Made by a program: the position numbers and the translations under genes. Below, in pieces: positions 9,784 to 18,413 of a stretch of 44,985 nucleotides of DNA. How positions within the stretch are numbered: the first letter of the stretch is position 1; every line of letters begins with the position of its first letter. The notes below the pieces were generated by a model that had not been told where the DNA came from, did no database searches, and saw only the letters and a list, made by a program, of their open reading frames with translations. Origin of the DNA: Parachlamydiales bacterium (GTDB lineage Bacteria > Chlamydiota > Chlamydiia > Chlamydiales > Parachlamydiaceae); assembly GCA_020051075.1 (NCBI GenBank), contig JAGVJP010000122.1:1-44985 (forward strand), in the 5' to 3' direction.

Positions 9784-9792
9784 ATTTTAACA
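9784..9792 (-). promoter_or_regulatory. Possible extended -10 promoter for cdsF
   Basis: TGTTAAAAT on the minus strand within the AT-rich ~290-bp gap upstream of cdsF. Confidence 0.35.
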
Positions 9793-9905
9793 GATTGCTC
9801 ATTATTTTTCTAGCTATCCTAGAATTATTTTTGATACTTTCAATTAAAACAACATCTTCTTCATTATTGATTATATCAACCCCAATTAATTTAATCAACA
9901 GATAA

Positions 9906-10379
9906 CTATGAGTCTTTCTTGTCGACGAAAAAGGGAACCTTGGCTTTTTTCGCGATATCTTTCGCCATTTCGAGTGAGACGACCCCTAAGTTCTTGACTG
10001 TTGGATCCGTTGTCTTTTCCATCGCCTCTTGGATCAACTTCTCCCCTTTTTTGAATTTATTCTTTGTCAAAAGAAAGCAAATCCCCAAAAATGTTTGAGC
10101 AATGGTGTTGTCTGGTTCGAGTTCAAGAACTTTTTCATAGAGCGCCACCGCTTTTTTGAGCTCAAATTTATGCAGTTCGATATAGGCAACGCCAATGGTG
10201 GGAGCTGTATTCAAAGGACTGATCTCTTGCGCAGCTTGAAACAGCCTCCTTGCACCAATCTCGTCGTTCTGTTTAACAGCGATGAAGCCAGCTTCTAAAA
10301 TAAGAGAAAAATCTTCTTTGAAAAGAGCGACCTTCCGTTCATGAGCGCTTAAATCATGTTCATCTTGATCTTGTTCCAT
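9906..10379 (-). CDS. cdsG: Needle chaperone CdsG (YscG-like TPR protein)
   Basis: FKEDFSLILEAGFIAVKQNDEIGARRLFQA resembles the chlamydial CT667 N-terminus; TPR pattern. Confidence 0.85.
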   Translation of the reverse strand: MEQDQDEHDLSAHERKVALFKEDFSLILEAGFIAVKQNDEIGARRLFQAAQEISPLNTAPTIGVAYIELHKFELKKAVALYEKVLELEPDNTIAQTFLGICFLLTKNKFKKGEKLIQEAMEKTTDPTVKNLGVVSLEMAKDIAKKAKVPFFVDKKDS

Positions 10380-10393
10380 AGTGTATCCTTAGA

Positions 10394-10651
10394 TTATTTC
10401 TTTGGTTTTTGTATCACGCGGTTCATGACCTTAAGTAAAGCATCGTAGCCTTGAAGGAGGATGCTATAGGTCTTATATCGCCCCGTCTCTTCACCACCAC
10501 GAAGAATCTCGTTTAAAAGCTGTATTTTCCCCTCAACTTTTTCCCGATATTCTTTTTGTTTAGCAGGATCTGTGAGATCTTTCTCGAAATCGAAGACAAA
10601 TTCCTCTGCTTTTTTCTTTTTTTTCTGATCTTCTAGTCCAAACATACTCAC
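10394..10651 (-). CDS. cdsE: Needle chaperone CdsE (CT665-like)
   Basis: 85 aa after cdsD; MFGLE...FVFDFEKDL...LRGG...LLQGYDALLKV pattern of the CT665 family. Confidence 0.85.
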   Translation of the reverse strand: MSMFGLEDQKKKKKAEEFVFDFEKDLTDPAKQKEYREKVEGKIQLLNEILRGGEETGRYKTYSILLQGYDALLKVMNRVIQKPKK

Positions 10652-10654
10652 CTC

Positions 10655-12943
10655 TTAATAATCGATTCGATACTTTTTGTCTCCCCGTTCGAGGAATACT
10701 GTATTGCTTGTAATCTTGGTGATATCCATTCCGTCGAGAACATCTCCCTCTGACAATAATCTTCCATGAATTAAAACAGTATATTTATTCCCGATATGAG
10801 ATTTTCCCGATATGGAATATTGATCGCTCAGATTGATGATTCCAATTTTTTCAGGGTTTTGACTGACCACTTGATTATACACGACACGCACTCCTGGAAC
10901 CTGTCTAACCTGTGCAATCACCTCTTGCATCATGTCGGCTTTGTCAGATGACACCTCCCCAACGAGGTAAACTTCACCATTATTGATTTTAACGTTAACT
11001 CCCGTCAGATGCTTTTCATTGAGGATATAATTGATCGATTGGAGAACATCTTCTTCGATCACAACCTGTTTTTTTAGCGAATCTAAATAGGGGAAATTGC
11101 GGTTAATGTAGTTGGAGAGCTCTTCGGCCTGCTTTCTCGTTTTCAAATAGCCTGTCAAAACAAATTGCCCTGCCTCAGGAGCGTGGAGGCTAATCCCTCT
11201 CCAACTAGGGTTGTCGCTAAGAACTGTGTTGACCTCGTTCCAAGCGAGCTCGTCGATAATCATCCCTTTATCATCGATCGATTTAATGGATTTTATCTCC
11301 TGCAATTTGTAGAGAATATGGTTTTTATCCGCTATAGAGACGACATGTCCAATGAGTAGAAGGCTTCCTGTCGATTTGTTATAGGAATAGCGGAGGGCTG
11401 AATAGGGGCTAAGAACTTGTTTAATCATCGCTTCCGCATCTTGATCTGGACTCGTCACAACCTGTTGCACCTGAAAGAGTGCTGTCGTCCCAATTGCCGC
11501 AAGGGCAAAAAGTCCGACGATCACTGCGATCAGAATGATGGCACTGTAATTTCGTTGAGGCTGCGGCGGCAGAACAGGTTCTTGAAGAGGCTGAGGAGCT
11601 GGTTCTCCCTCTTTTTCGCCTGCTCCTGAAGTCGTTGCATCCACCGCAGCAGCAGGATGCTCTTCCTTTTGCAGGGATCTAACGATGGAAGGGAGCAGAG
11701 GTGAGATAATCGTCTGCATCTCTCCTTCCCTATCATAGATAGCGAAAGAGGTCGTTCCCAATGTCACAATAGTACTCGGATCTAGCTGCTGAGGCTCTTT
11801 GATGACTTCCCCATTGATTAAGACGCCGTTCCGGCTTTTCAAGTCTTCTATCGTCAGAGTCTCTTCATGGGAAACGGTGATTTTTGCATGTTGACGGGAA
11901 ACACTGGTATCTTGAAAGACGATATCGGAGTTTACAGGATCGGTTCCCAAGACATAGCTCTGACCGGACTGCATGTAAAACTCTGCCCCAGTGTTGGGTC
12001 CTCCTACCACCTTAAGGAGCCAACGTCCTGTTTCGATAACGCCAAAATCAATTTCGGCTAACGTTGCATCGCCCATTTCGTCGCTGAAAACCGTCTCTTC
12101 ATGCTGAAGATCCTCATCTTCGGGAGGGTGATCCTCCTTATCTGCTTCATGAGGACGCTCTTCTTCCACCGCTTTTTGCTCTTCTTCCACCGCTTTTTCC
12201 TCAGATGGATGCTCTGCGTCTTCCACGATTTTTTCACTCTCGTGAGATTCGGCTTCATGGAGTTCCTCATCAAACGAGAAATCTTCATCTTCATCGAAAG
12301 GTTGCTCCTCTTCATCCTGAGGATGTTCAAGATCTTCCTCTGCTAGGGGTTTGTCTTCTTCCAGGAGATGTTCTTCTCCTGCAGTTGGACTTTCTGTTTC
12401 CTCTGATGGATGCCCTGCTTCTTCCACGATTTTTTCACTATCGTGAGCTTCAGCTTCATGGAGCATCTCCTCATCAAATATGAGATCTTCATCTTCAAAT
12501 GGTTCAGATGCTTGCTTGGGTTCTGGTCCTTCCGAGGTTGGCTGCCGTTCAGCTGCAGGATCGACAGTCTCTAATTTTCCTTCCTCGATCATTTCTGAAA
12601 GAGCTGAAGAAATGAATTCTTCTTCTGTTTTGTCTAACGACGTTGTCTCTTCAAACCGAAGCAGTTCGGAGCCAATGCGGATCGTATCGCCAGATTTCAG
12701 GAGAATGGAAGAAGAGCCGATAGGTGCATCATTGATTAATGCAGGGTGGTCGGGAGAGAGATTTTCAAGAATAATCCCTTCTGGAGTGCGTTTAACTAAG
12801 AGCTGTCTGTCAGCGATCGAGGAATCATTGATAACAACTTGACTTTGTGTTGAATCTCTGCCTAAAACCCAGCTCGTTCCTTCATCAAAAGAGATAACCT
12901 GTCCTTTAAGTTCGCCTTGTTCAGCTATGAATCGTTGTGCCAT
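10655..12943 (-). CDS. sctD: T3SS inner-membrane ring SctD/CdsD
   Basis: Two FHA domains (WVLGRD..., YVLGTDP...SVSRQHAKI...SRNGVLING), acidic linker, one TM helix (IILIAVIVGLFALAAIG), periplasmic BON-like repeats. Confidence 0.95.
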   Translation of the reverse strand: MAQRFIAEQGELKGQVISFDEGTSWVLGRDSTQSQVVINDSSIADRQLLVKRTPEGIILENLSPDHPALINDAPIGSSSILLKSGDTIRIGSELLRFEETTSLDKTEEEFISSALSEMIEEGKLETVDPAAERQPTSEGPEPKQASEPFEDEDLIFDEEMLHEAEAHDSEKIVEEAGHPSEETESPTAGEEHLLEEDKPLAEEDLEHPQDEEEQPFDEDEDFSFDEELHEAESHESEKIVEDAEHPSEEKAVEEEQKAVEEERPHEADKEDHPPEDEDLQHEETVFSDEMGDATLAEIDFGVIETGRWLLKVVGGPNTGAEFYMQSGQSYVLGTDPVNSDIVFQDTSVSRQHAKITVSHEETLTIEDLKSRNGVLINGEVIKEPQQLDPSTIVTLGTTSFAIYDREGEMQTIISPLLPSIVRSLQKEEHPAAAVDATTSGAGEKEGEPAPQPLQEPVLPPQPQRNYSAIILIAVIVGLFALAAIGTTALFQVQQVVTSPDQDAEAMIKQVLSPYSALRYSYNKSTGSLLLIGHVVSIADKNHILYKLQEIKSIKSIDDKGMIIDELAWNEVNTVLSDNPSWRGISLHAPEAGQFVLTGYLKTRKQAEELSNYINRNFPYLDSLKKQVVIEEDVLQSINYILNEKHLTGVNVKINNGEVYLVGEVSSDKADMMQEVIAQVRQVPGVRVVYNQVVSQNPEKIGIINLSDQYSISGKSHIGNKYTVLIHGRLLSEGDVLDGMDITKITSNTVFLERGDKKYRIDY

Positions 12944-12993
12944 AATATGTAACCCACTTACAACGGTCGACTTTGTTTGACACAGGTGAATAG

Positions 12994-13383
12994 TTACTTA
13001 TTCACAATCTCCTTGCGCCAAAAATCTATGACAGTGACAAAGTCTTCCAATTTATCTTTAAAATCTTTATATGAGCTATTGTAATCCAGTTCCTGAGAAA
13101 GGGTCAACACATTCTCGTCCTGAATCAAACCGATTATTGCATTTCGCGTGCCAACCCCGAAGAGATTGGATTCCATGATCTTCTGAATCAGCGGTTCAGG
13201 CTTCACTTTGGGGCAAGGTCCGATCACCCCTTTAAAAAAGAAGCTATGTTCTGTTTCTATCACCTCAACTTGGATATTATCAATGAAAGGCAGTGTATAC
13301 TGATGATTTGCCGATGAAGTGATGATATCTTCCATATCAAGTTCTTGACCAAGCTTTTTCACTAATTTTTCGAGCATTGTCAT
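12994..13383 (-). CDS. scc4: CesT-family T3SS chaperone Scc4 (CT663-like)
   Basis: 129 aa upstream of cdsD; MLEKLVK...MESNLFGVGT...FKDKLEDFV...FW; AAGGAG RBS. Confidence 0.85.
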   Translation of the reverse strand: MTMLEKLVKKLGQELDMEDIITSSANHQYTLPFIDNIQVEVIETEHSFFFKGVIGPCPKVKPEPLIQKIMESNLFGVGTRNAIIGLIQDENVLTLSQELDYNSSYKDFKDKLEDFVTVIDFWRKEIVNK

Positions 13384-13429
13384 TTTCTCCTTTGAGCTAT
13401 TGTTCCATTGGCAACAGGCTTAGTCCCTT

Positions 13430-13660
13430 CTCGTCTTGCAGCCCTACAGGCTGCAATATTAACGCTAAGCCTACCCAGGGCGTTGCCCTGGGCTGTTGCA
13501 GTTTGAGTCCTTCGGACTATGGATTGCAATGCCCGAAGGGCTCACCGCAAGCCCTGGTTGGGGTTTGCTATAGCCCGAAGGGCTCAAAACTGCAACAGCC
13601 CAGGGCAACGCCCTGGGTAGACTCAGCGTAATACAGCAGCCTGTAGGGCTGCAAGACGAG
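13430..13660. repeat. Complete 231-bp REPIN-like inverted element, family A
   Basis: Perfect 25-bp terminal IR CTCGTCTTGCAGCCCTACAGGCTGC / GCAGCCTGTAGGGCTGCAAGACGAG plus inner CTACCCAGGGCGTTGCCCTGGGCTGTTGCAGTTT paired with its complement. Confidence 0.92.
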
Positions 13661-13707
13661 TAGGCCACTACGGACACAATTTATACAATGACCTCCCTCA
13701 TCCTGTG

Positions 13708-14859
13708 TTAAGCGCGCGATTGGATGCTTCTTCCGGTTTGGTCTACAAATCGGCTCATGAAGTCGAATAATCCTTTGATCGCATCCGCTTGTTCCGACTC
13801 CACTTTACTGCTATTTTGTTTAAACGTTTCAGCCGCATTGCGATACCCTTCGATCACCTGCTTTTCAGCTTCGATGATGCCGATATCGCCTTTAATCACC
13901 CCTTGAAGAACACTACTCACACCATTGATAGCACTACTGAGCGCTTGCCCTTGAGCACTCGTAATTTGATTCAAACTAGAAAGCTTGTTTGACACCAAGG
14001 TTGACCTGCTATCCATCAATTTGCGAAAACCCTCTCGTGCATTTGCAAGGTTTGCAGCTTCGCCTGGAACTTCTCTAGCCAAATCTTCGTTTGTTTGACC
14101 AGCAACTGTATTGTCTCTAGGTGGCACAGGAGGAGCACCTACAGCCGCAGGGTCCACACCACCTGCGGCACCACCGGCACCTGGGTTGGCCAAGTGGTAC
14201 ACTTCATCTCCTTTTGCGTTGATTTGGGCGTCAATTTCTCTTGTTGCTTCCCCAATATTCGATGTCGTGGCCACTGCGGTGAAGACGCTCGAGGCAGCAC
14301 TCATAAAGTTTGACATTCCCTCAGTAAACTTCATCATGGCTTCCTTATTCGCTGCTGCTCTTGTCCTTGCAGGCATTTCTTTTGTTTGCATCTCCTGGAT
14401 TTGTTTTCCCTGCTCGATAGCGGCCTGTCCAGCCATTTTTTTCGACTCTTTGTAGGTGTCCAGAATCGGAGCCATTGCATTAGAAATTTGTGCGATGCTG
14501 GAGTCTTTATACCAAGACCTGACAGCATCGGCATTGGAACCTTCTCCAGCCGCAGCAACTTTAGGAGCAGGGATGGCTGGAACGTCAGCAGCTCGAGTCG
14601 ATTCCCCTGCAATGATTTGCCGTTTGACGTCTTCTTTGGCGACTCGCGTCATGGTATCTGCTTGCGTGATGATTTTATCTTTCTTTTTGATTTGGATGCC
14701 AGTGTCTGCTCTCGTTTGGGCGACTCCCATGTCTTTATCAGCTAGCCGTGCGGAACCTTTAGGGAGTTCGGGTCTGCCTTCCGCAGCGAACCCTGGCTCA
14801 TCTCTAGGAGGGGTGGCTGAACTTGAGGAATCTGGTTGTTTTGGACCGATGGTTGTCAT
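13708..14859 (-). CDS. T3SS translocator, CopD/SctB-like
   Basis: Follows a SycD chaperone; Ala/Ser-rich hydrophobic helix (GMSNFMSAASSVFTAVA) and amphipathic C-terminus typical of minor translocators. Confidence 0.65.
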   Translation of the reverse strand: MTTIGPKQPDSSSSATPPRDEPGFAAEGRPELPKGSARLADKDMGVAQTRADTGIQIKKKDKIITQADTMTRVAKEDVKRQIIAGESTRAADVPAIPAPKVAAAGEGSNADAVRSWYKDSSIAQISNAMAPILDTYKESKKMAGQAAIEQGKQIQEMQTKEMPARTRAAANKEAMMKFTEGMSNFMSAASSVFTAVATTSNIGEATREIDAQINAKGDEVYHLANPGAGGAAGGVDPAAVGAPPVPPRDNTVAGQTNEDLAREVPGEAANLANAREGFRKLMDSRSTLVSNKLSSLNQITSAQGQALSSAINGVSSVLQGVIKGDIGIIEAEKQVIEGYRNAAETFKQNSSKVESEQADAIKGLFDFMSRFVDQTGRSIQSRA

Positions 14860-14932
14860 AAAATGCTCCTTATTCGACTTTTATTACTTTTTAATAAACT
14901 TCTTCACGAAGTGAAAATTCTAAACTCGTTCT

Positions 14933-15526
14933 CTAACCCTCTTCATTTGAAGATTTTCCATATTTTTCTCTGACATGTTCCTCAAAAACAAGTTTAAATC
15001 CTTCCAGCTCCAAAGCGATTTTCTCTTTTAGAGCCGCATATTCTGGATTTTCTTCTGCAAAAATTTGCGCTTCTAATAGGGCATTATAGGCAGATAATAA
15101 ATGATCAGTTTTTCTGAAGCAGTCGTAGAGGTGAAAATAGGAAAGCGGATTTAAAGGATCGAGCTGACCGCAATAAATGTAGTTGACAGTTGCATTGAGA
15201 TAATCCTTTTGCATCTGATAGCAGGCTGCAACTGCAAAAGTATAGCGGGGATCATAGGGGTCTACTTGCCTAAGAAAATTAAACACTGGCACTGCCTCCT
15301 TATACTTCCCCGAATAGAAGAAGTTATATCCGTAGAGATAAAGCTCTTCCAACATCTCAGGTGTGAACCCCAAAACATCACGAGGCGATCTTCCCTCGAC
15401 AAGGATTTTAGGGATGGCTTCTAACAGCTTCTTTCTCGAATTAGGAGAGATCTCTTCATCTAAATTATCGATGACTCCATTGACCTGATCTTGAAGATCT
15501 TTCACTTCTTGCATATGATTTGTCAT
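14933..15526 (-). CDS. SycD/LcrH class II translocator chaperone (copy 2)
   Basis: LEELYLYGYNFFYSGKYKEAVPVFNFL...DPYDPRY...AACYQMQKDY TPR signature. Confidence 0.92.
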   Translation of the reverse strand: MTNHMQEVKDLQDQVNGVIDNLDEEISPNSRKKLLEAIPKILVEGRSPRDVLGFTPEMLEELYLYGYNFFYSGKYKEAVPVFNFLRQVDPYDPRYTFAVAACYQMQKDYLNATVNYIYCGQLDPLNPLSYFHLYDCFRKTDHLLSAYNALLEAQIFAEENPEYAALKEKIALELEGFKLVFEEHVREKYGKSSNEEG

Positions 15527-15536
15527 AACTCACCTC

Positions 15537-17705
15537 TTATGTTCTTGAAGATGCTCTAATTAAATTTGTAACGGCCATATTCTGAGAATCAACCACATTG
15601 TCAAACATTGTTTTCAAATCAGCACTCAAGTCAGCTAAATCGCCCATACTATTTTGCATTTTACTGACCATGTCTTGGAAGATTTTAACCAATGCAGCCA
15701 TGATTTCGTCGGCAGCCCTATTGTCCCCAATCTCCTTTAATAGTTGAGACAAATTTATAAGTAATGATCCTTGATAGGATGATGTCGCAATATTCACGAG
15801 AGAAGGGGTTAACTGCAATGTAGATTTGAGGCCTTCCATCCACCCTTCAAATTTGATATTAAAAATATCCTTAAAGCTTTGGGCAATGGTGGCAGGGAGT
15901 TTAGTTACGTAATCCGTGATGATTTCACGAATCGATCTCTCATCCGGCATGCGAGGAGCACTAGGAGCGGTTTTTGCTGTATAAGTGACAGCAGCCACCA
16001 CTGCCAACAGTGCCAGAGCATTGACAACAATCTGTACGATCTGTGTATCTTCATCGCTCAAATTTAGCGATTTACAGATTAACCCAATCGACTCAGGGAG
16101 CGCTCCGCTTCCTGAAAATATTAATAACGCCAATTGTGTGGCCCCCTGCTTGATTGCCTGTTGAACGGTTGCTCTCGTTGTTGCAGCAGCAGCTTCTCTT
16201 GCAGCAGCAGTCGCCCCTTCTGTGGCGACTTGGGTTCCAACTGTACCCAACATCTTGATCGCTGTTGCGGCACTCGCTACAAGGACAAGGAGCATCACTC
16301 CAACAATGGCAAGTTTGACTGCAGTCTTTGCCTCTTCACTCGCATTCGGCATCATGAGGGTAACAAGATCGCCTAACGCTTGGAAAGCCTTCGATGTCAA
16401 ATCCAATCCAGCATCTAAACCTGCGTAGACAGTGAAAAGAGCTGTAACAACAAGCACTGCCATTGCAGCTGCCGGAGGGATGATGGCGGCAACCAGTGAA
16501 ACGAGAGACAGTAATACACCGACAATCTTCATCCAAAAACCGAATCTTCGACTTTTATCTTCTTGAGCCCTTTGTTTCGGGAGCATTTTTTCAAAATAAT
16601 GCTTTGCATTCGCGATTTTATCTAACAGAGCGCTTTTCGCTGCCTGAGTATTCTCATTCATGACTTTGAGGTTCACATCTTTCGACTTATCCACTGCATC
16701 TTGAACAGCGCCAATAGATTGATAAAAAACTGAATAGAAGTTTTGTACCTCTTTTTTTTCTTCGGGATAGTCAGCCAAGATCTGGTCACTATAGACTTTC
16801 ATCTCTTCCCCGATCTCGAGCATGTTATTCACGACCATCTCTAACTGTGCCGTTGCCACAGCAGTGGGATTAAGCTCTGCAGAATAGAGAGGGGTTAAAT
16901 CGACAGGATCGGTGGTGCCTTTAACCCAAGAAACGGGCAGTCTGAAATTGTCTTGCGTCGCTATCGTTGCCTTCCTTGTCAGATCGACGAAAACCTCAGC
17001 GATATCGCTCGATACTTTCCCGGTTTTAACCGCTTGGTTTAAATGGGCGATTTTCTCTGGAGATAAGGGAGGTTTGGCACCAGCAATTAAGGTGGTGACC
17101 AGCTGTTCTAATGTTTTATCATAAAAATCGTCAATCTCCTGCTGCTCCTCTTTGCCATAGGAGCTCATCGGACGGACGGTCCAATCATCAGATTTTGCCG
17201 ATTTCGGCGTCCACGATGGAGGAAGATTCATCTCTTTAGCCGTCGTTGCAGCTGCTTTTCTTCCAATCGATCGTGCTAACGTCGATAGCTTCGGATCGGA
17301 GATCGGCTTCTCATGCAGAAGGTTGGACAAGACAACGTTGGACTGATTTTCAGCAACTCCTTGTTCTTGCAGCTGCTCGTTGACTTTAGTCTCATAAAAA
17401 CGTAACACAACGGTTTGCTGCGCTGGGCTCAGCGGGCTAGTCACAGGGATTTTACCAGGCTCTAGAGGCTGTGCAAGGACTGGATGGTCTGCTTCTTCGG
17501 AATATTCCCTCCGTTCCGAACTAGAAAAATTGACATATGTCGGTGGAGAGATGCTGCGGGCGATGGAATCAGCAGGAGTTTTGATAGAAGAACCAACGGC
17601 TGCTGGCCCTTTTTGCTCTCCAACCTGTTCTAAATGAGGAGAACTCTTCACAGGGCCGCTTGCAGGACCACTGGTCGGTGAGCCAACCGGATTATTTATA
17701 TTCAT
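15537..17705 (-). CDS. T3SS major translocator, CopB/SctE-like, with N-terminal extension
   Basis: Between two SycD genes; coiled coil followed by several long hydrophobic segments (FWMKIVGVLLSLVSLVAAIIPPAAAMAVLVV...) and a C-terminal coiled coil. Confidence 0.75.
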   Translation of the reverse strand: MNINNPVGSPTSGPASGPVKSSPHLEQVGEQKGPAAVGSSIKTPADSIARSISPPTYVNFSSSERREYSEEADHPVLAQPLEPGKIPVTSPLSPAQQTVVLRFYETKVNEQLQEQGVAENQSNVVLSNLLHEKPISDPKLSTLARSIGRKAAATTAKEMNLPPSWTPKSAKSDDWTVRPMSSYGKEEQQEIDDFYDKTLEQLVTTLIAGAKPPLSPEKIAHLNQAVKTGKVSSDIAEVFVDLTRKATIATQDNFRLPVSWVKGTTDPVDLTPLYSAELNPTAVATAQLEMVVNNMLEIGEEMKVYSDQILADYPEEKKEVQNFYSVFYQSIGAVQDAVDKSKDVNLKVMNENTQAAKSALLDKIANAKHYFEKMLPKQRAQEDKSRRFGFWMKIVGVLLSLVSLVAAIIPPAAAMAVLVVTALFTVYAGLDAGLDLTSKAFQALGDLVTLMMPNASEEAKTAVKLAIVGVMLLVLVASAATAIKMLGTVGTQVATEGATAAAREAAAATTRATVQQAIKQGATQLALLIFSGSGALPESIGLICKSLNLSDEDTQIVQIVVNALALLAVVAAVTYTAKTAPSAPRMPDERSIREIITDYVTKLPATIAQSFKDIFNIKFEGWMEGLKSTLQLTPSLVNIATSSYQGSLLINLSQLLKEIGDNRAADEIMAALVKIFQDMVSKMQNSMGDLADLSADLKTMFDNVVDSQNMAVTNLIRASSRT

Positions 17706-17758
17706 ATAAACCTCTAACTACATTAACTTCATACCTATTATTATTGAAGAAATCTGTC

Positions 17759-18325
17759 TTAGGCCTCCTTCTCAGGTTCTTTATCGGTGAATACTCCCTG
17801 TTTTTTAAGACTTTGAAGGCTCAAGATGGCCCTTTCTTTCATCTTCGCATATTCTGGTTTGTCGCCAGCATGAGCAATCGTCATCTCTAAGCTGAGCATG
17901 GCCGACAGATTGTCTTTAAGCTGAATATAACAATCAGAACTATGGTAATAAGGAATCGGATTTTTTGTGTCGAGTGCACTGCAGAGAGTGTATGAGTTGA
18001 GGGCATTGTCATACTCTTTCAACATATGAAAACAAGCTGCCAGCCCTAGCATGTATTTCTGCTCTGTCGCATTCATCATGATCAGAATACGAAAGAGATG
18101 CGAAGCTTCAGTATACTTTCCAGTATTGTAGAGGCGATAAGCCTGAGCGTAAATATTTTCAAGAATGTTGTTATCTAATCCAAAAATGTCTTTAGGAAGG
18201 GTCCCTCGCCTAAAAAAATCATCTCCAATTTGAACGACAGCTTCTCCAAATTTCTCTTTCTGTTCTTCTGTGATTCCTCCCGCTTCTTGATCCACTTGAT
18301 CTTTCGACCCTCGTGCACTGTCCAT
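17759..18325 (-). CDS. SycD/LcrH class II translocator chaperone (copy 1)
   Basis: LENIYAQAYRLYNTGKYTEASHLFRIL...YMLGLAACFHMLKEY; probable start ATG at 18325 after GAGGAGG. Confidence 0.93.
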   Translation of the reverse strand: MDSARGSKDQVDQEAGGITEEQKEKFGEAVVQIGDDFFRRGTLPKDIFGLDNNILENIYAQAYRLYNTGKYTEASHLFRILIMMNATEQKYMLGLAACFHMLKEYDNALNSYTLCSALDTKNPIPYYHSSDCYIQLKDNLSAMLSLEMTIAHAGDKPEYAKMKERAILSLQSLKKQGVFTDKEPEKEA

Positions 18326-18413
18326 ATTCGCCTCCTCTTGCAAACATTCGATTGGATAAAACTTTGAATAGAGGGGAGGTGCTGGTTATACCGGCATCTC
18401 CCCCACGTCTTCG

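Noticed and set aside
13377..13677. ORFs 13377-13631 (+) and 13471-13677 (-)
   Set aside because: Mirror-image translations of the inverted repeat element
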